Shown here piece after piece: positions 39,701 through 51,823 of a DNA stretch of 64,000 nt. Source of the DNA: Octopus vulgaris (lineage: Eukaryota); assembly GCA_951406725.2 (NCBI GenBank), contig OX597829.1, positions 3,410,001 through 3,474,000 on the forward strand, read 5' to 3'. How positions within the stretch are numbered: position 1 is the stretch's first letter; every line of letters starts with the position of its first letter. The translations under genes were made by a program, and so were the position numbers. The notes beneath the pieces are model-generated. The model saw only the letters and a list, made by a program, of their open reading frames with translations, was not told the origin of the DNA and ran no database searches.

Positions 39701-42700
39701 TGAATTAGTTTTGTTTCATTCATTTTCTTTTTTTATTGTTTTAATGGGACTTTTTAGATATTTTGATACCTCATCATAACTGTTAATATTACCGTATACT
39801 TTCATTTTCATACTGGCATGGTTTGTATGGGTTATCACAGTCTAAATCGATTCTTATTTAGAGTTACTTCCCTTCTTGGTATGGTTGGTGACCACACATC
39901 ATTTGCATATTTTGGTGTGGTTTCCCTTCTTAACACCAGCCACTTAACATTTGTGAGTGCATTTTATTGTGCTGCCAGTACCAAAGAAACTTGTCGTGTT
40001 GTTTGACTACAAAATATATTTGGTTCACTTATTTTATTACAAGTATTTGTGTGGTTGCTTTGTGCTCTGCAAGACAGAATTCTTATTGTGTAATGGTGTC
40101 TCCATTCATTCATAGCAATGTGACTAGGAAGAGAGGCATGTTGACTATGTCTGAAGGGAGAAAATACAAAGGGTTTGAAGAGAGGTGAGGTGATGGTGTA
40201 GAAGAGAAGGAAGAATTGGGAACGACAGTGTTGGAGGAGTAACAACAGAAGGCAGATTGTAATGTGACAGTAATGGTAGCTGTATGTTTCAGAGGTGGGG
40301 GTGAAGTGTTGAAGAAATGATCTGTGGCCAGAGAGTGGCAGTTGGCAGTATAGAAGAGGGAGTAATGTTAGCTGGTAAGGGAGTATATGGATTTCAATAA
40401 AAGAGTGACCTGAAGCGGGGTGGGGGGAGAGGCTGATAGGATGATGTATGAGAGGAGGAGACCCTAGCAATGGCTATACATTAGTTTTTAAGTGAGAGAG
40501 AGAGAGACATGAGGGGCTGTCATAAAAATGGTCATTGTTGAGGGTGTCATGGGATGGTATTGTGCAGTGACTAGGAGAGAGAGAGAGAGGTGATAAAAGA
40601 TGATAGGGTATTGAATCACCAAGAAAGGTGGCAAATAGACTTAGCAAGAACGAAATGGAAGGAGGGTACAGATATAGATGTAAGTCTTCCTTGGTTTGCT
40701 TCTTTGGCAAGTTCCATTCATTTTCAACACTTGGTGCTTCTTTTATGTGCCTGATATCATCCAAACACATCGCATATCTGCACCATTGTAGTCTTCTCTC
40801 TTGCATACTACATCTATTATCTTATATCGAGATCTCTCATTTCATTTGCACCCATTAACATTCCAACAAAGCACGCTTGCTTCTTTTTCTTTCTAGTCTT
40901 TGAAAATTCTTTGTATTGAAGGCTTTGTTTTACTACAATGCATATTGCGCTTCAAGCATAAGCATTATACAATATCATGTTCATTCTGAAGGAGAAGGCT
41001 TTAGTTGCCAATAAAGATAATATCACCCTTAACTTTTCCAACCTCTTCTTACTTTTGGATAATGTGCTTTTAAGAGAACCCATTCCAACTACTAATTAGG
41101 CCACCTAGGTAATATACACTATCAACTAATTCAAAGGAGCTTCTCAAGCATTTGAAAGAATCTATTTCTCAAATGTTCTTAGTTCTTATTGCCCCTTATT
41201 CATCTGTTGCATGTGAATTCTGCCTTTTTTACTGGTTTGCCCTCTGATCCAACTACACTTGATGTGTGTCCATAGTTTACACTGGGTACATTCTATGGAA
41301 TTTCTATGTCCTTTTCTGTATACTAGGCTCAGCCATTTCATTGATGGTATTAAGGTCTTGTCTTCTCTCCAACTTATTAATACTTAGACTTTTTTTAATC
41401 TTTCAATACCAGGTTTTGCTTTCACATCTGAAATTTCTCCAAATATTATACAGCTTCTACTATGAAAACCAGATTGTCGGCACAGGTATTCCCATGGCTA
41501 GCTAAGTTTAAACTTATTTGCTGAGAACTGAACTGGCTTATTAGTCATTGCTGACTTTTTGATTCTCACCTTGCTGACTGCACATCCATACACGACTTGT
41601 ACAACCTCACAATCCTTAGTGTCAAATTTCAGAGGGATGAACCTTCTTAGTTTCCTTAGTGATCACTATTTTACATACATGGAACTCTAGCATTAACAAT
41701 TTAATGCTTGTAAAGTTCTTCATCTTTGGATAGATTTCTAGTCTTAGTACATCTACTAAAGTTCAAACTATGGCTTTGTGATTTTATTAGGCCATAGTTT
41801 ATTATTATAATTATGGCTTTGTGATTTGATTTGTTTGATGAACATTTAATCCCAGATGTTCTTTATGCTTCATTTTAGTTTGATTTTCAAATGGAAGCTA
41901 GTTTATAATAATTGCAAACAAGGCATAAGTTTTGAAGTGTTAACTGCTACCTTTCCGTTATCTAGCCCTCTCTCACAGGTGTATTGTTCAATGCCTTAGT
42001 TTTATGTGTGTATCTGTCTGATGGCTGTCCTCTCTTGACCAAAGAAGCCCACCACTAAGAACACTGTGCATTCAGACAAAATTATACTTTATCTTTCGCT
42101 GGTGACTGATGAGTCCAGCTCTTGATTGACATGCATGTCTGCAGATACTGCTGATAAAACATCTCCCATTCACTGCACTGGCAGTGTGTTTTTGAGTCAC
42201 TCACTTCAGTTAATGCACAATGTATTTTTCTTCAAAAACATCCTCTCTTTACTTTATTCATTTTCTCCATTGTTAGCAGTGATAATTTTTTTCTTCCCCA
42301 ATTGATCTCCCATATTTCACCTGTCTCCAATGAGGACTTTACACAATCCTTGTAAGTCTTGGTTTTTGCTGGAGGCACTTTCTACAAACAACTTCATTAT
42401 ATAGCACCTATAGGAATCCTGGTCATTCATCTGAACAAGGTGCCCAGCCCATTGTAATCAATGCTTGTGTGCCATTATCTCAATGCTCAGGATGTGCTAT
42501 CTGAAAATTTACTGCATATTTAGTTGTAAATCTTGATTGTATTTTAGTATTTCCACTCCACTTTTGTCTCAAGTAATCATGTAATTAAATAGTTTCAGCA
42601 ATTTATATATAAGTGGGTAAGTGTCTTTTACTATAGCCCCGGGCTGACCAAAGCCTTGTGAGTGGATTTGGTAGACGGAAACTGAAAGAAGCCCGTCGTA

Positions 42701-45700
42701 TATATGTATATATATATATGCGTATGTGTGTCTGTCCCCCTAACATCGCTTGATAACCGATGCTGGTGTGTTTACGTTCCCGTTACTTAGCTGTTCGGCA
42801 AAAGAGACCGATAGAATAAGTACTGGGCTTATGAAAGAATAAGTCCCGGGGTCGATTTGCTCGATTAAAGGCGGTGCTCCAGCATGGCCACAGTCAAATG
42901 ACTGGAACAAGGAAAAGAGAATCGAGGTAGGAAGAAAGTGGGCTTCAAGCAATCTGTTGAATAAAAAAAAAACAAAAAAAAACCCAGCTTTCAGGAGCAA
43001 TAGTGATTTATTGGAGTGGAAGGTTGTGGATTTTTTCTGCATGAAAGTATAAGCTGAAAAATGTTTATATTTCATGGTAGGCAGCCAGGGTTGTCAGGTG
43101 TGCAAATAAAAATACAAGAGTTAAGGAATGGAGTAGATAAATTTTTATCTACTCCATTCCTTAACTGTGTATATATTTCACATCTTCCATTCTTATCGTA
43201 CAAAGTCAATAGTGAGTGTTAAAACTTGATAATTCTCACATTTCACAAAAACTAGCTCATGGAATACTCTTAAAATAGTTTAAGTTATGTTGGCTTTTGA
43301 ATTTGACTGCCATCCTTAATATCTTGACAATTTACTTTAAATTCCAAGGAGAAATAAAGAAAAAAAAAAGATCAGTCATTCAGATTCTGATGTTTGCACT
43401 AGTATGCTGATAAATTTTTATTTGATTTTCTTTGTATGTAAACTTTTATTCAAACACTTAATTAAACCACAATTCATTTCTTAATATTTTTTTTTTCTAT
43501 TTGTATTTAAGTTTTTGTCCACTGAATAATTTACTACTAATTACACTTGACTATTTTGTAATTTTAAGATATTTTTGTAAGGGTATTTTGACAAACTCCG
43601 ATTTTTAACCTCTTTTTTTAAAAACACTATTCTTGCATCAGCTAATTTCTTTAGGTATTGTTTTCGATTTTGGGATTAAAGAACATTTTTCTTACGTAAT
43701 CATTTCATTGTTTGCTACATATAGAATTTATTTTCACAAGTGATTATTTTTACCGAAACATAGCTCCTCAGATCTTTAACACTTTAGCATTCAAGTTTCT
43801 TTGCCAAATGTAATGCTTATTTATTCACATTGTTTTGAATTAACCATGCATTATTTTGTTGTTTCAAGATTTCAATGGTGTGGTTGCATATTTTTAGGGT
43901 GAGTGGGAGAGGTTGAATCTAGTCAGTTTTAACATAAAACATGGAATATTTGGTCTGGATATGGCCAGATTAAATGCTAAAAAAAAAAAAAGTGTTATAT
44001 TAGATAAGCATATAACCATTTCTACACAATTATGATTCTGCTTTTTTTTTATTGTTATTGATTGATAATAATTTCTGGTATATGGTGACTGTTACTTCAC
44101 TACTTCACTGAATCTTTGAAGTTAGAGTAGGTTTAATAATGTATTTTATATTATTTTAAAACAGGTATTGGTGTTTGGTGTCAAATGCTCATGATTATAT
44201 GATTATTAAAGTTTAAACATTATTAGAAATATTTTGTCATATTAACTTCATTTTTTATTGATAACATTTTTGGAAAAGACCATTCAAACAGTAGGAAATC
44301 TGTAAAAAAATTGGTCGAGTATTTTGTAGAAAATATAACACTTCTAAGAAAATATCTGCTTTAGTATGAGGGAATGAGTTGGGATTAAAGTAAAGAACTG
44401 CCCCATTCTTTGTATGTATTGAATCTATATATAAAAAAGACAGTAATGTGAATATTTAAACATCAAAATATTTCCGAGTAAATTACTTTAAAACTTTTGC
44501 TGAATTAGTTTTTTTTTTTTAGATATAAATCATATTTGGACATGTCCAAGAAGTTCATTTATTAAGATTTTTCATTTGTTTTCATAATTGAAGTATCTAT
44601 AATTCATTGGTTGTTTTGAAGCTATCACTTTTTAATTACAAAGTTCATATCATTTGTGATAATGTATTTAAAAGAAAACAATCACTTTTTTGATTTTCAT
44701 TTGCAGCCAATGAAGAACACTGGAAATGTCGGGAGTGTTTTGTCAGCCCAAAATTTGGCAACAAGTACACCAACAACTCTTACACCCACATTGGCAGCAT
44801 TAACACAGCAAGGTATTGCAGTATTTCAACTTGCACCATCTCCTCTCACACTTAATCCTGGTAGTTTGGAGTGGTTACAAGAGTTTCAGAGACAAATATC
44901 TTCACAACAGCTACAACAACAACAACAGCATCATCATCATCATCAACAGGGTATCACCACATTTCCTACTGAAGACATTCAATGTGGCTAGCACAGCATT
45001 GTCCTCTGTTCAGTATGCTTAAGAATGGCTTTTTCAGTGAGAATAACCATTCCTATGTTGTCTGCATGCTTTGTAGTATATATCAACATTCATTTTCTCT
45101 ATCATTCTGGAAAGCTCCTGGTGAAATTGTTTCCAGGATGGATGTCTTTGGTGTTATATATGGTTTTGTGGTTGATTATAAACAAATTTTGGGTTTTATT
45201 TTCACAATATACATATTAGGAAAATTTTTAAAATATTCTTGATTCAATGTAAATTAGCAGTTAGAGACGTAGATATAATTTTAAGCTCAGTCTGTTGTTG
45301 CGATTAATTATGATCACTTATTATTAAGTAGAATTTTATTTTAATGTTACAAGTAAACTTAGCTTTTCATTTCTGCTTTGAATGTTTGATTTTTCAATTA
45401 TCTAATTTTCATTATTTTTAGTTCTGTATTTTAAGTTAAATTCCGTAAAGCACTAAATTTTAAAGATTATTTAATTTTAGTAAAGTTAAGATTTGAAAGT
45501 CATATTTAGTAAAATAGTTTCATAGGAAAGAATATAGAACTTAGTTTATTTCGGATTTTCAGAATTTATTAAAATAGATATTGTTTGCTTTTCATATATA
45601 AATTTTGCTTCCACAGCATGCTATTATATCCATATACTTGTTTGAATGTTAAAGTGAAGTGTTTTATTGAATGTGTCATCAATAAGAATGGTTTTATTTC

Positions 45701-48700
45701 GATTTAAATTTTATTAGCTTTGATATTTATATTTAATTTTTGCTGGATTCATGTATGTCCATTAGTGAATATGTGTTTTTGTATGTGCCTGTATGTATGA
45801 TGAGTGTGTCCGTGTGTGTGTTTATACAGACATGCACAAATATTGAAAGGTAAGTATGAAGTTTTATTCCATTGCTAAAGATTAAAATCACATTTGTGAT
45901 GATTTAAGTTAAAATGTTCATTATTTACTGTAACTAAGAAAATTTAAAACCCCAGCAAAATTTTTGGTTAATTTTAATTCATGATTGTTTAACTTTTATT
46001 CTTGCTCAACCGTTTTGATGACAATCCTTTGTGAACTCTAGTAACAATTAATCTTTAAACTAGTAACTACTGTAATGGTTTGGAATAGCAAATTTAAACT
46101 GAAAAGATGTGTAAAATAGGTATCTGAATAACTTATCGTATGCTGCATGTATATTTTATCTTCACCCAGCATTTGTATATTTAAATAAATTATCTTTGGA
46201 AAATTTAGGTTTGCCTGTAATTAGTGCTGCTCCAATTAGCAGTCCAGCTAGTGCTAGCTCTTGTGTCCCCACGGCAACAGCTACAAGTACTGTCACTACT
46301 ACTACAGTTATAACAGTTTCCACGACACCCACACCAACAGATAGTAGTACATCTGGATCTATTTCAACATCTACAGTTGTCTCTCAGACATTACCTCTGC
46401 ATTTATCAACGATTACCACATCATCAACGAAAACGACAGATGTAAAACCTTCTGTTGCACAGTCATCTCAAATTATCAAGAATGCTCTTTTATCTCCTGT
46501 GTAAGATACAATTTTTTATTAATACTATTTACATTTCTCACCTTGAATTTTAAACAGTTTCCTATAATATACACCATGTTTAATTTTGGGTTTTCTGTTG
46601 TTTCATTTAGTGGGACCCAATCAATGGTGCGGACACCGAAGTCTCCAACGTCTCCAGCACATCGTTTGAATACTCGACAGCAAGCTATTTCAGCAGTATA
46701 TGACAGTGCTATTGGTTCACAAGAAGCTATTGTTGAGAGGGCCAAACAAGAAGCTCAAGTGATGCACAGGGTAGCTGAACTCAGGAAAGATGGTCTTTGG
46801 TCAGCACGGCGCCTGCCTAAAGTACAGGAACCAATCAGGAATAAAGCCCATTGGGATTATCTACTGGAAGAAATGCAGTGGCTAGCAGCTGATTTTGCTC
46901 AGGAAAGAAAGTGGAAAAAGGCTGCAGCTAGAAAGGTGAATTTAAAATGAAAGTGTATTAGTAACACACGTGTGCTTGCATAAAGTTGTGGGTTCAATCC
47001 CACTAAGTGGTATCTTGTGAAAAGGCTTTTCTACTGTATCTCTGGGTTGAGCTTTACCTTCTGAGTAAATTGGAATAGGTGGAACCCCCTTATATGGTGG
47101 GTTGGTTGAATGGCAGAAATTTTCTTTGTATTTTAGTTATATTCTGAGATGAAATCTCATGTTGAGCAACTTTGCCATTAAATGGCGATACATGTGTGTA
47201 TATACAGGTGTGGCTGATCATTTAAGGTCTGTTTGCAGACAATGAGTTCCTGGATTCAGTTCTATTGTAGGGACTGTACCTGTACTCAAAGAAAGGCCAA
47301 CTTTTCCACATACAATGTGACATTTAATTCACCTGAAGATTATGTTGCAAAAACCTGTAAGAACACTCAGCCACTTACATTAAAATACTGTAAGAAGATT
47401 ATACATTCTTTTGAACAAACAGGAGTATTCATTATTGAAAACATATACATACAGTTGGTATGTGCACGTGTATACATTGACGATTGAAGTAATTTTTCTG
47501 TTGAGCTCTAAGCACTGAAGTATTAGTATTCTAATATACAGGGTGTCCACAAAGTCTGGGTACATGGAGTAAATAAAATCATAACAAAAGAATTAAATAT
47601 AAGAAATAGTAATTTCTTAAAGTATGTGTTAATGCCCATGTGGGTACATGGAGTAAATAAAATCATAACAAAGAATTAAATATAAGAAATAATAATTTCT
47701 TAAAGTATGTGTTAATCCCCATGTACCCAGACTTTGTGGACACCCTGTATAATTGGTTAAAAAACCTGATTGGTTTAGAATAGGATATTTTGTTATTTTT
47801 AAATAATGTTATACCAAACATTTTTGACAGTTCTTTTTACCTCACTATTTTGATGCCAACTTGAATCAAAAACAAGTTCTCCAGTTCTGTGATAACCAGC
47901 TTTCCATTTTAAAAGTGACCTAAATTTTAAAACCTTCCATCAAACATTCATGTTAATATTGTTCCAAACACTAGATTAATTGACAAAGTTATTTTAATAA
48001 TTTCTTAATTGTTCTTCAAATTAATTGAAAGGAAGCCACTGTATTTCAACAGAAATATGGTAACAAAGAGTTAACATATTTGAATCAATGTAGAATCTGG
48101 AGAGGAATACACATGGTCTTAGCTAATCTGAAAGTTTGATATTAGTAATTTGCTTGCTTCTAAAGTGCTGAAACTAAATTTATTTGATACTGATTAGAAC
48201 ATTGTATTTTAATAGAGGTTTTGAAATTTATTTTTTAGCTATCCCGTATGGTTGCTAAATATCACCAAGAACAAGATCAAAAAGAACAGAAAGCTGTGAA
48301 AGAGGAAGCCCAAAAATTGAAAAGAATAGCTGGTCAAGTGGCAAAACAAGTGAAAGAATTTTGGGCGAACATCGAAAAGGTTGTTTATACGATCAAATAT
48401 TTGTTGCATACTTTTAGTTCATTTTTTTCATATTATACCATATTTTTTTACCAATTTTCTAGGGTTGAGCAATTTATCCTGTAAATTGTCAAAAACAACA
48501 ATTTATAGTTTTCCAGGTATTTATATTTAACCCTTTAGCATTTAAACCAGTTGTATATTGCCAAAATATTCAAATTGTTTTTTATTCAGACCAGCCAGAC
48601 CTGGTCTTTCACACATACTCTACATCAATCTGATACTGAACAATCACATTATTGAAATCTTAAAGTTATGAGATAATGCATGATTAATTCAAAACAGCAT

Positions 48701-51700
48701 GGCTAAATAAGCTTTACACTTGATAGAATAATCTGAAAGCTAAAGGGTTAAATGTCTGTATCTGCTTTTAGTTTGGTAAATTTTCTTAGTTTGATCTCCA
48801 AAGTTAATGCTTTCTTAGCAAATTAACAAGAACAAAATACCAATCAATGTAATCTGAATTGATAAATCTTTGCAATATTAATTATATTATGGTATGTATG
48901 TTACTTTAGATGGTACATATTGACACCGTATGCTTGTGAAGACAGCAACTACATATCAACACACACTTAAAGCCTTCTAGTCTTTAATACTTTTTTACCT
49001 GTTGATTTGAAGTTGACTGTTTAATGTAGTCAGTATGAAACTGAAGTTTATAATTTTATACCAGTGAACACTTAACTTTTGCTATTAGTGTTTTGAGTGC
49101 ACACATTTAAAAGGAAAAATATACTCGTTGAATTTTAAACTTATTTTGCACTCTATTAAGATGGATTTATGCATGAATTAGCAAATTTAAATTTTTGTTT
49201 TTTTTATGTCCAAATCTCATTGTTTTTCATCTTATGTGATACCAATAAAATACTAAGTAATATTTAAAGGTAAGGAATTAACCAAATTGTGAGAGCATTA
49301 GACAACTACATTGCTGTCTTTGTTATGGCTTTATATGTTCAGAGTTCAAATCCTGCCAAAGTTAAAATTGTATCTTGATCATTCTTTCTGATTTGAAGAA
49401 GACTATTTTAAGAATCTTCTGGATGTAGAATGAAGTTGCTTTTTGCTTTTATCCAGGATGTTGGCACATAAAAACATATTTTCCTTCCGATTTTGCATCA
49501 AAACTGTGAACACAATTCATTTAATCAATTTAATTTGGTAAATATTTTCAGGTTGTTCAGTACAAGCAGCAAACTAGGCTTGAAGAGAAAAGACGAAAAG
49601 CTTTAGATATACACCTGAATTTCATAGTTGACCAAACAGAAAAATATTCTTCATGGTTAACAGAAAGTCTGGCTAAATCTGATTTGGGAAAAGGTGTTTC
49701 ATCCTCTGTTGTTGGGTCCATAACAAGTACTCCCGAACATTCCAACGCCAGTGGAGATGGTAATGCACGAATTTTCTTAATTTTAGAGATATAATTTTGT
49801 TTCTCCGTTTTATTATGGTTATTTAATTAATAATTATTATTTAAAGCAATTAAAGAGTTGCTTAAATGGAATTGCTTCTAAATTAACTGTCTTCCTCCCC
49901 CTTTTTTTTTAAAGTTCAAATCTCGTTTTTCATCATATGTGGTACCAGTAAAACACTTAGTAGTAATATTTAAAGGTAATGAATTAACCAAATTGTGAGA
50001 GCATTAGACAAGTACATTGTTTCTTTGTTATGGCTTTATATGTTCAGAGTTCAAATTCTGCCAAAGTTAATTTTGCATTTCATTCTAGGTGGGATGGGGT
50101 CTCTGTGATGTATAGTAGCGGTTCAGAATAGTAGATAAGAAGAATTATTAGAGTATTAGACCAAATATTTCGTGTTAATTGTTTTAGCTCTATACGCTCT
50201 GAATAACCTCATAGGTGTAGAAAGCTTGTTGAAAATTAGTTGAAAAATGGTGTTTCGTGAAAATGAACACACTTTGGATAGCAACGGGAAACTAACTCGT
50301 GATGAATGCCTAAGAAATAGTGTGTAGGTTGTAGTGGAGGGAAGCAGTGATGCTTGTCTTATAATTTGTTATTTTTGTAAAGTAAGAGAATCAAAAATTA
50401 TAGCATTCAAAATATGTAACCCTAAACTTCATGTTATGAACTGAATGTAAAAAGAATATTTTTTTATATTTTGTTTTAAGATGACTTTGAACCTGATCAG
50501 AGTGAAACAGATGATGAAGAAACTATTGACAAAGAAGAAAGAGAAACTGGGAATAATGAGGTACATTACTTTTGGTTCCTTATCCCCACAAACTTCTACT
50601 CACTTTGTACCTTGAGGATCTACCTAGAAACCTTTTCACCACTTTTTAGCTCTTTCTAGATTTACCTGGCTACTTCTACCCTTGTTTTGTAATACTAGAA
50701 GTCTGCTCTGTTCTAACCCCTTTTTTCATACTTTAACTTCTCTTGTCTTTTTCATGATATGTAGTCTTGCAAGTTGCATGGTCACCTTTAGTTTGCTAGT
50801 ACCATGTAAAAAAGTATTCAGTGTATACTGTAAAGTGGTTGGTATTAGGAAGAGCATCCAATCATACAAAGCACTGGAGCATGATGCAGTTCTAGCAACT
50901 GCCCGATCACCCATGCCACCTTCGAATGTAGACATTAAATGGTGATCATTACTAAATGTATTCATTTAACTTGTAAATATATACAAGAACAACTATATTT
51001 TAATCTGAAGAAAGTGTTACACATAGTTTGAGCTTTTATTTTGATCATAGCAATAACTTAAGACTGCTTATAGTAGAAAACACCCATGAACGTAAATCCA
51101 CATGGTTTCAAGTTATTTCTTTATGTGGCTAGAAGTAGATCATCAGCCTGAGGCAGGCACGTTTTAGTTGGAAGTAATGCTTTTTAGTTTGTACTAAATT
51201 TTGCTCTGGTTTCTACCCTTTGTAAACACCACAAGAGAATGATGTAGACAAGTTGCACACTAGTTGTTGTCTAATTTTACATTAACCCTGATTGAGCAGA
51301 CCTAGCATGAAAGAAGTCATCTTGTTATATATAATAAATAAATATTATATAATATTAATTCGAGACAAAACCACTATTTTGCAAAACAAACAAGGAAAGA
51401 CTTAATCAATACATAAAAATTTTTAATATAAAGAAATAAACCACCACTACAATCGTTTCATGTCTTCAATGACATTCGTCAGGTGGATTTTCGATCTCCT
51501 AGTCTGTTTTAATTTATGAAACAGATTAGGAGATCGAAAATCCACCTGACGAATGTCATTGAAGACATGAAACGATTGTAGTGGCGGTTTATTTCTTTAT
51601 ATTAAAAATTTTTATGTATTGATTAAGTCTTTCCTTGTTTGTTTTGCAAAATAGTGGTTTTGTCTCGAATTATATTATATAATATTTTACTATAAAATTG

Positions 51701-51766
51701 GATTTAATCCTAAATCTGATTTTTCCCTGTAAATTTGGATTTATTCCCTAATATTTATTATAATAA

Positions 51767-51823
<57 letters not shown>

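Larger units (their letters stand above)
51341..51686. repeat. Long near-perfect inverted repeat (arms ~165 bp, spacer ~10 nt) in domino intron 8
   Basis: aattcgagacaaaacc...ctgttt versus aaacag...ggttttgtctcgaatt, only a few mismatches. Confidence 0.95.

Noticed and set aside
41455-41505. Plus-strand peptide [11 protein letters not shown] resembling a Penelope RT motif or a domino exon
   Set aside because: Better explained by the minus-strand RTE RT remnant (PWEYLCADNLV) in the same bases.
46010-46110. Box C/D snoRNA-like arrangement (ttgatga ... ctga) ~100 nt upstream of exon 4
   Set aside because: Imperfect C box, weak terminal stem, and no rRNA/snRNA antisense element that I could recognise.
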